Below are positions 17,373 to 27,298 of a DNA stretch of 57,903 bases, piece after piece. Both the position numbers and the translations under genes were made by a program. The notes beneath the pieces are model-generated. The model made no database searches. It had not been told where the DNA came from and was given only the letters and a program-made list of their open reading frames with translations. Every line of letters starts with the position of its first letter. Positions within the stretch are counted from its first letter, which is position 1. Origin of the DNA: Levilinea sp. (GTDB lineage: Bacteria > Chloroflexota > Anaerolineae > Anaerolineales > Anaerolineaceae); assembly GCA_036751735.1 (NCBI GenBank), contig DAIOUB010000002.1:21938-79840 (forward strand), given 5' to 3'.

Positions 17373-19547
17373 ATGAGTCTACCCGCCTTCCAGGATCGAT
17401 TTCGAAAGGCCAATCGCAATACCCTGCGGTTAGGCCTTTTGCTCATGGTGGCGGTACTGTCGTTTGCCTCACTGGTGCTCCCCATCGCCCTGCGCCCATC
17501 TTCTTTCCCACTCAAAATTGGGGATGTCTCTGCACAGGATATTCAGGCCCCTCATGATCTCACTTACGCCAGCGATGTCCTCACCGAGATTAAAAGGACC
17601 GAAGCGGAATCGGGTGTCCCTCCCGTATACCTGCCCGCCGATCCTGGAATCACGCGCCGCCAAATCGAAAGCCTGCGTAATGCGCTCGCGTACATCACCG
17701 CCGTCCGCGCCGACAGCTACGCTTCTTTAGAAGAAAAATACGCCGATCTGGCCATGCTTAAGCAGCTCGACCTCGATTCGGAAAGTATGGCCCAAATCCT
17801 GGGGCTCAGCGACGCTCGCTGGGAAATTGTTCAGCAGGAAACGCTTGGGGTTTTAGAACAGGTCATGCGCAACACCATCCGCGAGCCCGATCTGCGAGAT
17901 GCCCGCCGCAACGTTCCCACCCTGATCAGTTTTTCGCTGACCCAGGAGCAGGCGCAAATCGTCTCCAATTTGGTCACGCAGCTTATCGCGCCCAACAGCC
18001 TGCTCAGCCAGGAACTTACCGATAAGGCCCGCGCCGAAGCCCGCGAGACCGTCCAGTCGCTTGAGCGCACCTACATTGCCGGTGAAACCATCGTCTCCCG
18101 CGGCCAGGTGCTCACCGCTTTAGATTGGGAAGCCCTCGAAAAATTCAATCTGGTCAAACCGCCCACGAATACGCAGGATATGATCGCCGCAGGGTTCATC
18201 GTCGCCCTAAACACGGTCTTCATTGGTCTGTATTTCGTTCGCCGCCGGCCCGCTGTGGTCGCCGATTCTCGCAGCCTCCTGGTCATTGCTCTGACATTTC
18301 TGCTCTTCTTGTTCAGCGCCCGCTTGGTGATCCCCAACCGCGCCATCCTGCCCTACATCTTCCCCCTGTCCGCCTTTGGCCTCACCATCGCCAGCTTGTT
18401 CACGTTGGAAATCGGCCTGGTGGTTTCGCTGAGTTTGGGCATCCTGGCCGCCTATGGGCTGCCCTACAGCCTGGATCTCACCTTGTTTTATGTATTGTCC
18501 AGCATATGCGGTGTGCTCATCTTGGGGCGCGCCCGGCGCATCGCCAGCTTCTTTTGGGCAGGCATTGGAATATCCGGAGCCGGGGCAGCCATTATCCTTG
18601 CATACCGCCTGCCGGATACCATTACGGATTGGATTGGTATCGCCACGCTGGTAGGTTCCTCTTTCCTCAACGGCATGGCGGCCGCCAGCCTGAGTCTGCT
18701 GCTTCAATATTTTCTTAGCCAACTTCTGGGCCTGACCACCGCGCTCCAACTTTTAGAGGTGTCCCGGCCCGACCATCCCCTCCTCCAATTCATCCTGCGC
18801 AGCGCCCCCGGCACCTACCAACACAGTTTGCAGGTGGCCAATCTCGCCGAACAGGCGGCCGAGGCCATCGGCGCAGACGGTTTACTCGTGCGCGTCGGAG
18901 CCATTTTCCATGACGCGGGAAAAGCCATGAATCCATCCTTCTTTATTGAAAATCAGCTTCCCGGGCGCCTTAACCCCCATGATGACCTCGACCCCCGTGT
19001 CAGTTCGCAAACCATCATCAGCCATGTCAGCGATGGGGTCACCCTGGCAAAAAAGCACCGTCTGCCGCCTCGTCTGCAGGATTTCATGTGCGAACACCAC
19101 GGCACCCTCATCACCCGGTATCAATATTCCCACGCGGTCAAAGCCGCTGGTGACCGCCCCGAATTGGTGAATATCGATGACTTTCGCTACCCCGGCCCAG
19201 CCCCGCGCTCAAAAGAAACCGCGTTGCTCATGCTGGCCGACGGCTGCGAGGCGCGCGCTCGCTCTGAGCTTCCCAAGAATGAAGAGGAAATGCGTCTCCT
19301 TATCCGTAAAGTCTTCGATTTCTGCCAGCGCGAAGGCCAGCTGGATAATACCTCCCTCACATTACGCGATCTCAACCGTGCGGCGGATTCGTTCACCAAA
19401 ACGCTGCTTAACACTCACCATCCCCGCATCCGCTACCCTGAGCTGCAGCCGAACTCATCTGTCGCAGAAGCCGCCCTTCCTTTTCCATCTCCGGCGGCCG
19501 AATCTATCCCCACCCAACCGCAAAAAGAGACCAGGCAGGAACCATGA
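17373..19547 (+). CDS. 7TM-HD (HDIG) phosphohydrolase, PgpH/YqfF-like (possible c-di-AMP phosphodiesterase)
   Basis: Extracytoplasmic domain, multiple TMs, then APGTYQHS, HDAGK, F.ENQ, HHGT, YPGP.P and MLAD..EA; conserved position upstream of ybeY-dgkA. Confidence 0.9.
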   Translation: MSLPAFQDRFRKANRNTLRLGLLLMVAVLSFASLVLPIALRPSSFPLKIGDVSAQDIQAPHDLTYASDVLTEIKRTEAESGVPPVYLPADPGITRRQIESLRNALAYITAVRADSYASLEEKYADLAMLKQLDLDSESMAQILGLSDARWEIVQQETLGVLEQVMRNTIREPDLRDARRNVPTLISFSLTQEQAQIVSNLVTQLIAPNSLLSQELTDKARAEARETVQSLERTYIAGETIVSRGQVLTALDWEALEKFNLVKPPTNTQDMIAAGFIVALNTVFIGLYFVRRRPAVVADSRSLLVIALTFLLFLFSARLVIPNRAILPYIFPLSAFGLTIASLFTLEIGLVVSLSLGILAAYGLPYSLDLTLFYVLSSICGVLILGRARRIASFFWAGIGISGAGAAIILAYRLPDTITDWIGIATLVGSSFLNGMAAASLSLLLQYFLSQLLGLTTALQLLEVSRPDHPLLQFILRSAPGTYQHSLQVANLAEQAAEAIGADGLLVRVGAIFHDAGKAMNPSFFIENQLPGRLNPHDDLDPRVSSQTIISHVSDGVTLAKKHRLPPRLQDFMCEHHGTLITRYQYSHAVKAAGDRPELVNIDDFRYPGPAPRSKETALLMLADGCEARARSELPKNEEEMRLLIRKVFDFCQREGQLDNTSLTLRDLNRAADSFTKTLLNTHHPRIRYPELQPNSSVAEAALPFPSPAAESIPTQPQKETRQEP

Positions 19548-20002
19548 TTGATCTGCAAATTACTGAGCCGTTGGAAACCCAAGTTTCTCCGGATGCCCTT
19601 TTGACAGCCGTCCAGGCCGCCCTGAATTACCATGACCCCGCTCTGGATGTGAATTTGACCGTGGCGGTGGACACCGATGAGACCCTGCGCGCCTTGAATC
19701 TGCAATACCGCGGCATCAACGCCCCCACCGACGTGCTTTCTTTCAACGCCGATGAAATTGACCCAGAAACAGGTCAAACCTACCTGGGCGATATTCTCAT
19801 CTCCTATGACCGCGCCCTGGCCCAAGCAGAAAAAGCTGGCCACCCGGTTCAAAATGAATTGCAATTGTTAGCAGTCCACGGAACTTTGCACCTGCTCGGC
19901 TATGATCACAGCCAGGAAGACGAGAAACAGCGCATGTGGACCGCCCAGGCGGAGATCCTGGAGCGCATCGGCTGCCGCATTCTGCAGCTCCCCGAAGATT
20001 AG
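19544..20002 (+). CDS. ybeY: rRNA maturation endoribonuclease YbeY
   Basis: LN..YRG...PTDVLSF, LGDI.I and HG.LHLLGYDH motifs. Confidence 0.96.
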   Translation: MIDLQITEPLETQVSPDALLTAVQAALNYHDPALDVNLTVAVDTDETLRALNLQYRGINAPTDVLSFNADEIDPETGQTYLGDILISYDRALAQAEKAGHPVQNELQLLAVHGTLHLLGYDHSQEDEKQRMWTAQAEILERIGCRILQLPED

Positions 20003-20006
20003 GCGT

Positions 20007-20390
20007 ATGGTCAAATTTTTCTTAAAACGTGCGATTTCATTTCGCCACGCCTTTGCCGGGTTTGCCTACGCTCTGCGCACTCAGCCAAACACGTGGATTC
20101 ATGTCGCCGCCACGATTGCGGTGCTGCTGCTGGCCGTTTTGCTGCGGTTACCCGCCGTTCATGTGGCCGTTCTTATTTTAACCATTGGGGCAGTCTGGAC
20201 AGCCGAGTTGGTCAATACCGCCGTCGAAGCTCTGGTGGATCTGGCCTCCCCCGACCATCACCCGCTAGCCAAAATCAGCAAAGACACCGCCGCAGCGGCC
20301 GTCTTGGCTGCTGCGGTCGCCGCCGTTTTGGTGGGGCTGCTCGTTTTAGGCCCTCCGCTGCTCAAGCTGCTGCAAAGCTGGATCAGGTAG
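20007..20390 (+). CDS. dgkA: Diacylglycerol/undecaprenol kinase (DgkA family)
   Basis: SF..AF.G, E..NTA.E..VD and AK..KD..AAAV motifs; start moved to ATG 20007, just after ybeY. Confidence 0.9.
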   Translation: MVKFFLKRAISFRHAFAGFAYALRTQPNTWIHVAATIAVLLLAVLLRLPAVHVAVLILTIGAVWTAELVNTAVEALVDLASPDHHPLAKISKDTAAAAVLAAAVAAVLVGLLVLGPPLLKLLQSWIR

Positions 20391-20396
20391 ATCACC

Positions 20397-21257
20397 ATGC
20401 CAAGTTCGAATCTCGCCAATTTCCGCTTTGGAACTGTCGGTTCCCCCCAATCCACGCCCAAAAAGCCCGGCGGCAGCGTTGGGGCCGTGCAACAGACCGC
20501 GGTTTTGGGTCTCTCCGCCCTGGAATTGGGCTGGGTGCAGTCGGTGCGTGTCACCGAAGAAACCTGCGCCGCCATTCAGTCTGCAGCCAAAGATCACAAC
20601 GTCGCTCTCAGCGTCCACGCGCCCTACTTCATCAACCTCAACGCGGATGCCGAGGAATGGCCAAAATCCAAGAAGCGGCTCATGGACGCCGCCTATTACG
20701 GCTGGCTGGCCGGAGCGACCGATATCATCTTTCACCCTGGTTCTTATTTTAACCAGCCTGCCGCCCAGATCATGCCGCAGGTCATCGAACGCCTGCAAAG
20801 CTGCGTCGAAGAGACCCTGGAACGCGGGGTTGAAGTTCGTTTTCGCCCGGAGACAATGGGAAAATCCGCCATGATCGGTTCCCTGGAAGACACCCTGGAG
20901 ATGAGCCGGCGCATCCCCAACGTGTTCCCCTGCCTGGACTTTGCCCATCTCCACGCCCGCCCAGGCGACGGCTCGGTGAACACCTACGATGAATGGCTGT
21001 CCATCTTGCAAACCTATGGCCAGGCGCTCGGCTCTGCCGCCCTGCAGCACCTCCACATCCATCTATCCGGCATCGAATATTCTGCCAAAGGCGAGCGGAA
21101 CCACCTGCCGCTGCGGGAATCAGATTTGGACTTGGACGGCCTGTTCACCGCCCTCAAAACGGTGAATGCAGGAGGTCGCATCCTCTGTGAAAGCCCTGTC
21201 ATGGAAGAGGATGCCTTGTACATGCAGCAGCTCTGGGCTGCAAAAAACGACCCCTAA
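20397..21257 (+). CDS. nfo: Endonuclease IV-like AP endonuclease (TIM barrel, archaeal-like type)
   Basis: HAPYFINL, FHPG, PETMGK, DFAHLHAR, HIH.SGI.Y..KGE..H and ESP..E.DA motifs. Confidence 0.85.
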   Translation: MPSSNLANFRFGTVGSPQSTPKKPGGSVGAVQQTAVLGLSALELGWVQSVRVTEETCAAIQSAAKDHNVALSVHAPYFINLNADAEEWPKSKKRLMDAAYYGWLAGATDIIFHPGSYFNQPAAQIMPQVIERLQSCVEETLERGVEVRFRPETMGKSAMIGSLEDTLEMSRRIPNVFPCLDFAHLHARPGDGSVNTYDEWLSILQTYGQALGSAALQHLHIHLSGIEYSAKGERNHLPLRESDLDLDGLFTALKTVNAGGRILCESPVMEEDALYMQQLWAAKNDP

Positions 21258-21277
21258 GCCGTAGTGCTCAAGGGTCG
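21242..21277 (-). terminator. Possible intrinsic terminator between convergent nfo and response regulator
   Basis: Imperfect CGACCC...GGGTCG hairpin followed by a T-run on the minus strand. Confidence 0.4.
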
Positions 21278-21300
21278 CCTCTGTGTGATCCTGCCTTGTC

Positions 21301-21954
21301 CTACAGGTATTCTTTCAGGCTGTGCTCCACGGCGTAAGCTGCCGCCTCGGCCCGATTGCTGACCCCCAGCTTCGATAAAATACTGCTCACATAGTTGCGC
21401 ACCGTACCCTCGCCCAGGAACAACGCCTTGGCGATTTCACGGTTCGTCTTCCCTTCGGAGACCAGCAGCAATACATGTTTTTCCTGCTGGCTTAAGTTCG
21501 CAAAGGCCGAAGCCTCCTCTTCTTTCACCGCCCGCCGCACTTCTTGGAACACACGCTGGGTCACCGCCGGGTCCAAAAGCGCCTCGCCGCGCCCCACTGC
21601 CTCCAATGCACGGATCAGGTCGTCGCGGCTGATCTGCTTCAACACATATCCAGACGCACCCGCCCGGATGGCCGCAAACAGCATTTCATCTTCCGCATAA
21701 GAGGTCAGCATCACCACACGTGTATTTGCAAAATTGCGCGTAATTTCTTCGCACGCTTCGATGCCCGAAGCACCCGGCAAGCGGATATCCATCAACACCA
21801 TATCGGGTTGGTGGCGAGCGGTCAGTTCAATCGCTTCTTTTGCATTCCCAGCCTCATCCACAACTTCAAACTGTGGATGGTGTTCAAGCAAGGAACGCAG
21901 TCCCAAACGCACCACTTCATGATCATCCACAATAAGGATCCGCTGTTTTGCCAT
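21301..21954 (-). CDS. NarL/LuxR family DNA-binding response regulator
   Basis: VDDH..VR.G, DI.LP, GA.GY.LK and C-terminal LuxR HTH (G.TN.EIA..L.L...TV.NY). Confidence 0.95.
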   Translation of the reverse strand: MAKQRILIVDDHEVVRLGLRSLLEHHPQFEVVDEAGNAKEAIELTARHQPDMVLMDIRLPGASGIEACEEITRNFANTRVVMLTSYAEDEMLFAAIRAGASGYVLKQISRDDLIRALEAVGRGEALLDPAVTQRVFQEVRRAVKEEEASAFANLSQQEKHVLLLVSEGKTNREIAKALFLGEGTVRNYVSSILSKLGVSNRAEAAAYAVEHSLKEYL

Positions 21955-22060
21955 ATCCGTCAATTTTCCTCCGACACTCTCTTCGCTGCCTGCGCAGCGC
22001 GCTAAACGGCAAATTCAATCCGATTGCTAAGATCAAACTAGTAGAAGTATACTACATCGT

Positions 22061-22624
22061 ATGCAAAATCACCTTACAGTCTATTCACCATATACGGGCC
22101 AGCTCCAGCAGCACCATTTTTTTCAGAACCAGACCAATGACTGTGGGCCGTGTGTCATTGCTACCATCAACAACGCTTTGCAAACCCGTCCGTTCCACTT
22201 CAACACCCTCTCGCAGGCCCTGAACCGCTACACCAGCAAAAGGCTCCCCCCGGATCGCCTGGCCAATTCGGCCACCTTTCCCTGGGGCATGGTCCGCATC
22301 CTCAGGCAGCTGGGCTTCAGCGCCCGTTGGCGGCTGTGGGCCAAGCCAAAAGACTTGCAGCGCGTGAGCACCCCAGGCCTGATTCTGGTCACCATCACCG
22401 GTCAATGGTCGCCCCTGTGGGCACATTACATGCTCCTGGTCGCCCTCGACCCGCATCGCGGTCCCGGCTTCATCAACCCGGCCCTTCCTCAGCCAGAAAT
22501 TGACTGGCGTCCCCAGGCACAGTTCTTCAAAGAATGGAACGCCTTCGGCCGCCAACTGGTTGAAATTCGCGTCAATTCCCGCGCTTACACGGATAAATCC
22601 AATTCCAGCGTCACCGGGCAGTGA
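22061..22624 (+). CDS. Papain-like / C39-like cysteine peptidase domain protein
   Basis: Q...NDCGP, AHY.LL and .NPA motifs (Cys-His-Asn arrangement); C-terminal F...W; upstream TTGCTA-18-TATACT. Confidence 0.65.
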   Translation: MQNHLTVYSPYTGQLQQHHFFQNQTNDCGPCVIATINNALQTRPFHFNTLSQALNRYTSKRLPPDRLANSATFPWGMVRILRQLGFSARWRLWAKPKDLQRVSTPGLILVTITGQWSPLWAHYMLLVALDPHRGPGFINPALPQPEIDWRPQAQFFKEWNAFGRQLVEIRVNSRAYTDKSNSSVTGQ

Positions 22625-23358
22625 TCCGACCCCTCGACATCATCGTGAACCACCACATCTTTAACCTTCGGCATCAGCTCTGGGGTCACCAGGAAATAGT
22701 CCAGACGCCAGCCAATATTCCTGCGCCGCGCCGCCATGCGGTACGTCCACCAGGTGTACTGCACCCGGTCGGGATACAAAACGCGATACGCATCCATAAA
22801 CCCGTGATCTAAATATTTCTGCACCCAGGCGCGCTCTTCTGGCAAAAATCCTGAAGTTTTCTGATTCTCTTTTGGGTTGGCCAGGTCAATTTCCTGATGC
22901 GCCGTGTTGAAATCTCCGGTGATGATAATCTGTTCTCCCTGCGCGCGCAGTTGCTCCGTCAGCTCTAACAGGCAGGCGTAAAAATCCAGTTTATAATCCA
23001 CCCGCTCCTGCCCGCGCTGTCCATTGGGGAAATAGATGATGAAAAGCCGAAAAGCATCCGTACGCACCCAAATCACCCGCCCTTCGTCATCAAAGCGCGC
23101 GTCGCCCAGCCCAACCCCCACCTCAAATTTCTCGATATTGCGCACATAGGCAGCGACCCCGCTGTACCCGGGGCGCTCGGCTGGGTTGAAAAACGCCTGA
23201 TAATCCATGAACGAGCGCATTGAATCGCTCAGCTGATCTGTTTTTGCCTTGATTTCTTGCAGCCCCAAAATATCCGGCATCTGGCTTTGCGTCCATTCAT
23301 ACAGCCCCTTACCAGCCGCCGCCCGTATCCCATTCACATTCCAGGTTGTAATTTTCAT
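22585..23358 (-). CDS. xth: Exodeoxyribonuclease III
   Basis: TWNVNGIRA, LQEIK, GYSGVA, YFPNG, GDFNTAH, GWRLDYF and SDHCP motifs. Confidence 0.96.
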   Translation of the reverse strand: MKITTWNVNGIRAAAGKGLYEWTQSQMPDILGLQEIKAKTDQLSDSMRSFMDYQAFFNPAERPGYSGVAAYVRNIEKFEVGVGLGDARFDDEGRVIWVRTDAFRLFIIYFPNGQRGQERVDYKLDFYACLLELTEQLRAQGEQIIITGDFNTAHQEIDLANPKENQKTSGFLPEERAWVQKYLDHGFMDAYRVLYPDRVQYTWWTYRMAARRRNIGWRLDYFLVTPELMPKVKDVVVHDDVEGSDHCPVTLELDLSV

Positions 23359-23376
23359 GTTGTGATCCTCTTTTTA

Positions 23377-23404
23377 TTGCATTATCAAACGGGTGTGGTA
23401 AACT
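23377..23404 (+). promoter_or_regulatory. Sigma70-type promoter for the receiver/DUF192/M23 operon
   Basis: TTGCAT-16 bp-TAAACT with a TG extension; AGGAGG RBS downstream. Confidence 0.5.
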
Positions 23405-23429
23405 TAATCTTATAGTAGGAGGTCAATGC

Positions 23430-23834
23430 ATGCAACCTAAAAATCCCACTCGTATTGTCTATATCGAGGACGACGTCGAAATGATTGACCTCGTCTCGCT
23501 GATCTTAAGTCGCCGCGGTTTTGAAGTGAAGGGTGCCCACGGGGGCAGGCACGGCCTCGATATGGTCGCCAAAGAGAATCCGGATTTAGTGCTGCTCGAC
23601 CTCATGATGCCAGACCTGGATGGTTGGGATGTATATCAGCAAATTAAAGCCGATGAAAACACCCGCCATATCCCCGTCATCGTCATCACCGCCAAGGCCC
23701 AACCGATTGACCGCGTGCTGGGCCTGCACATCGTCAAAGTGGACGATTACATCAGCAAGCCCTTCCACCCGCAGGAACTCCTGGACAGCATCGAGCGCGT
23801 TCTCACCAAATCCCAAACTGAGGAACAACCCTGA
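23430..23834 (+). CDS. Single-domain response regulator (receiver)
   Basis: IEDD, DL.LLDLMMP..DG, P.I.ITA and DYI.KPF motifs. Confidence 0.93.
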   Translation: MQPKNPTRIVYIEDDVEMIDLVSLILSRRGFEVKGAHGGRHGLDMVAKENPDLVLLDLMMPDLDGWDVYQQIKADENTRHIPVIVITAKAQPIDRVLGLHIVKVDDYISKPFHPQELLDSIERVLTKSQTEEQP

Positions 23835-23848
23835 TTCTTTCCGCGCCT

Positions 23849-24217
23849 ATGCACCAATTCTTAATTGTTAACCAGACCCGCCCGATTTCAAACCCGATTG
23901 CGCTTTCCCTCTGTGATACATTTTGGAGCCGCTTCCGCGGGCTCATGCTTCGCCCCTCTCTGCATCCTGGTGAGGGGATTATTTTGGCTGAAAACAGCCA
24001 AACCGTGCTCAACGCCACCATTCACATGCTCTTCATGCGTTTTGATATCGGCGTCGTATGGCTCAACCGCGAACATCAAGTGGTAGACCGGAAAATTGCG
24101 CGCCAATGGCAGCTTGCCGTCGCGCCCCAGGCTCCGGCAGCCTATATTTTAGAAATCCATCCAACACAGCTTGAGCAATTTCAGGTGGGTGATTATGTTG
24201 AATTTCAGCCGCAATAA
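23849..24217 (+). CDS. DUF192 family protein
   Basis: D.F..R.RGLM.R, IHMLFM.F.I.VVW and Y.LE motifs. Confidence 0.85.
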   Translation: MHQFLIVNQTRPISNPIALSLCDTFWSRFRGLMLRPSLHPGEGIILAENSQTVLNATIHMLFMRFDIGVVWLNREHQVVDRKIARQWQLAVAPQAPAAYILEIHPTQLEQFQVGDYVEFQPQ

Positions 24218-25607
24218 ACCCTGGGGCAGCTTCCTCCTGCTGCTGCTCATTTTGTTCGTCACTGCCTCTCCTGTGCAGGCTCAAAATGATCCCCAGGGCC
24301 CCATCTATGTGGTCCAATCTGGTGATACGTTGAATGTCATCGCCATGCGTTTTGGCGTCTCAGTGGATGACATCATTCTGGTCAATAACATTGCCAATCC
24401 CAACCTCCTGGGCGAAGGGACCGAATTAATCATCCCCGGCCTGGAGGGTGTTTCGGGCCGTCTGGTCACCCTCACAGTACCCTTAGGGCAAAATCTGCTC
24501 AGCCTCAGCCGCGAACACGGTGTGTCCATTGAAAAACTTGCCCAGTTAAACCGGCTCACCAGCCCCCAAGAAATTTATGCCGGCAGCAACCTGATCATTC
24601 CCCAAGAAAGTCAGGACACAGCCCTGTTTCCTGGCTTCAATCTGGCAGCCAATCAGACCTTGCTGGAAGCGGCCGTTTTAGCGGACCTTAATCCCTGGCA
24701 GCTGATGGAAATTAACCGTCATGGTACTTCTGCCAGCCTGGTCAGCGGGCAAATGCTCTATCAGCCCGGCCAAAATGCCAACGCTCAATTCAGCGCCATT
24801 TCACCGGTGATTACCTCCATTTCGATCCTCCCCCTGCCCTTCATCCAAGGGAAAACGTCCGTTCTGCGGGTCGAAACCAACCAACCGGTCAAACTCACCG
24901 CCAGGCTTTTCGATCAGGATTACATCCTTTTTGAAGAAACCCCTGGTGTGTATCTATCGCTCATCGGCACCCCCACGCTGTTAGATCCAGGACTGGTGCC
25001 CTTTGACCTCAACGGCAGTCTGACAGAAGGCTCCACCTTCAGCTACTCACAAATGATCCTCCTCGATCCCGGCTATTATGGGCAGGACCCCCCATTGGAA
25101 GTCGATCCGGCGACTTTAGACCCCGAGGCGATGAAGTCGGAGGAGGAATTTGTCACCAGCCGCACCTCCACCGCCAGCGCCAAACGGCTTTGGGAAGGTG
25201 CCTTTGCCTATCCAATTGATGAACCCTGCATCCGTTCCTGGTTTGGCAACCGCCGCTCTTATAACAATGGGGTCTATACCAGCTTCCACGCGGGGTTGGA
25301 TTTTGGCGTGTGCGCACAAAATTTGAATATCTACGCCGCAGCTCCTGGAAAAGTGGTGTTCGCAGGCCCGCTGGCCGTTCGCGGTAATTCTGTCATTATT
25401 GATCACGGTTGGGGTGTTTATACCGGCTATTGGCATTTGAATCAGATCGCCGTAGCCGAAGGTGACGTTGTCGAAGTGCGCCAGGTCATCGGCGAAGTCG
25501 GAGCAACTGGCCGGGTCACCGGTCCTCACCTGCATTTTGAAGTTCGTGTTAATGGTTTTGCCGTAGATCCCCTCGACTGGTTGGAGACCGGCTATCCGCA
25601 GCCCTAA
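24195..25607 (+). CDS. Secreted LysM-repeat M23 family peptidase
   Basis: Signal peptide; LysM repeats (YVVQSGDTL..IA..FGVS); H.G.D, GN..IIDHG and GPHLHFE M23 motifs. Confidence 0.92.
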   Translation: MLNFSRNKPWGSFLLLLLILFVTASPVQAQNDPQGPIYVVQSGDTLNVIAMRFGVSVDDIILVNNIANPNLLGEGTELIIPGLEGVSGRLVTLTVPLGQNLLSLSREHGVSIEKLAQLNRLTSPQEIYAGSNLIIPQESQDTALFPGFNLAANQTLLEAAVLADLNPWQLMEINRHGTSASLVSGQMLYQPGQNANAQFSAISPVITSISILPLPFIQGKTSVLRVETNQPVKLTARLFDQDYILFEETPGVYLSLIGTPTLLDPGLVPFDLNGSLTEGSTFSYSQMILLDPGYYGQDPPLEVDPATLDPEAMKSEEEFVTSRTSTASAKRLWEGAFAYPIDEPCIRSWFGNRRSYNNGVYTSFHAGLDFGVCAQNLNIYAAAPGKVVFAGPLAVRGNSVIIDHGWGVYTGYWHLNQIAVAEGDVVEVRQVIGEVGATGRVTGPHLHFEVRVNGFAVDPLDWLETGYPQP

Positions 25608-25700
25608 AGATCGTTGTACAATCAAAAAAGACGATCATGATTTAAGGTATAATTTACGATTGTAATCAAACATCCATTGCGAGAGAGTAGAGTAAGGCTA

Positions 25701-27293
25701 ATGACAAACCCCCGCTTTTCGCTTCAAAAAGACTACTGGACTCAATTTACCCTCCAAAATGATGATTTGGAGTTTCTATACAATCACTTGCTGGAAATCG
25801 AAATACCCCTGACCCCCATTGAATTGGTCCGTGCTCTCGTAGATAACCGCATCAAAAAAGAAAAGCAGCATCTAGAAAAGAACCAGGCTGCCCAGGGTAA
25901 AATTTATCTCCCCAAAGACTCCTATCAGCCAGATGAAAAGATTGTCCTGCCGCAGTTCAATTGGCGCGAAGGTCGTGTTCTTTCCGTGCGCGAGGGCGTC
26001 AACCCCGACAGCGCCCCATTCCAGGTGATTGAGGTTGAACTCGACGACCAGACCGTCACCCATTTGGCCGCCAATTTTGCGGAGCATGCGCTGAATAACC
26101 CCGTTTCAGCCGCCAGTGAAGACGAAAATTTGGATGTAGAGGAAGTCATTAAGAGCCACGGCAAATCCTTGCTAAGCAGCCTCAATGCCGAACTGGAATC
26201 CAACCCGGATCTGGTGCGCATCGCTGGGCGCTGGTTCCCTCGCTCCCTTCTGGTGGATGTCAACATTGGGTATCTCAATTTGGCCGAAGCCTTGTTGGAC
26301 ATGGAAGAAGGCGGCCCGCTGAGCACCCAGGCCATCCTGGAACAAATTGAGCTCCCCACGGATGTCAACCTGAAGCTGACCGAGTTCTCTTTGAACCTCG
26401 CCCTCGAAGAAGACGGTCGTTTTGACGAAGTCGGCCCATCGGGTGAGGTCCTTTGGTACCTGCGCCGGCTGGAGCCAGAAGGTGTTCAAAACCCGCCCAG
26501 CTTTCTGCGTTACCAATCTCACCAAACCGTTGACGTCAGTCTGGTAGCCCCTCTGCTGGAAATGTTCGAAGGGCACATTGAAGATGATCTGGAAGACAAC
26601 ATGTGCCGCGAGAGCCAACCCGATCAGGAAATCGCCATATCCCTGATCTTCCCCCATTGGCGCGCCGGAACTCTGCCCTTGTGCGAAGAAAACATGCACA
26701 TCTTCCCCACCGCCATTGAGTCACCGCGCGTGCTCTTCACCTTTGTAGATGCCATCAGCGGGGAACGTTTCCCCGGCTGGGTTGTGCGCCAGCACCGCTA
26801 CATCTTTGGCCTGGAAAAATGGTACGCCAGCCAGGAGCTTATGCCTGGATCCGTCATCACCCTCAAAAAAGGGCAGAAGCCCGGCGAAGTCAGCATCCAT
26901 TCTGGCAAGCGCCGCCCCACCCGCGAATGGGTGCGCACAGCGCTCATTGGCGCGGACGGCGGCATCGTTTTCGCCATGCTCAAGCAGTTGGTCTCCAGTC
27001 AATTGGATGAACGCATGGCCTTCGGCATTCCGGATGTCAAGCCCTTTGATGAAATCTGGAACGCCAGCAACAAACAGCGCGGCTCCTTAGAGCAAACCGT
27101 CATGTCCATGATGCGAGAACTGGCCAAGCTCACTCCCCAGGGCCATGTCCACGCCCAAGAATTGTACGCGGCCGTCAACATCGTGCGCCGCTGCCCGCCT
27201 GGGCCCATCCTTCAAATGTTGGTGACGCAGCCCTGGGCTTCCCATCTTGGCGATTTGTACTTCCGCCTGGATGACAAACCCCAAGAAGGATAA
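25701..27293 (+). CDS. Hypothetical protein with a beta-barrel-like segment and several HARE-HTH/RpoE(delta)-like winged-helix segments
   Basis: Long intact ORF with upstream TATAAT. The segment LNLALEEDGRFDEVG....WYLR resembles the delta-subunit L..DGRF.....W.L motif; domain call by eye only. Confidence 0.75.
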   Translation: MTNPRFSLQKDYWTQFTLQNDDLEFLYNHLLEIEIPLTPIELVRALVDNRIKKEKQHLEKNQAAQGKIYLPKDSYQPDEKIVLPQFNWREGRVLSVREGVNPDSAPFQVIEVELDDQTVTHLAANFAEHALNNPVSAASEDENLDVEEVIKSHGKSLLSSLNAELESNPDLVRIAGRWFPRSLLVDVNIGYLNLAEALLDMEEGGPLSTQAILEQIELPTDVNLKLTEFSLNLALEEDGRFDEVGPSGEVLWYLRRLEPEGVQNPPSFLRYQSHQTVDVSLVAPLLEMFEGHIEDDLEDNMCRESQPDQEIAISLIFPHWRAGTLPLCEENMHIFPTAIESPRVLFTFVDAISGERFPGWVVRQHRYIFGLEKWYASQELMPGSVITLKKGQKPGEVSIHSGKRRPTREWVRTALIGADGGIVFAMLKQLVSSQLDERMAFGIPDVKPFDEIWNASNKQRGSLEQTVMSMMRELAKLTPQGHVHAQELYAAVNIVRRCPPGPILQMLVTQPWASHLGDLYFRLDDKPQEG

Positions 27294-27298
27294 ACACC

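Noticed and set aside
20397..23358. Two AP endonucleases (nfo-like and xth) within 3 kb as a repair island
   Set aside because: They are in different transcription units on opposite strands, and both are common housekeeping genes.
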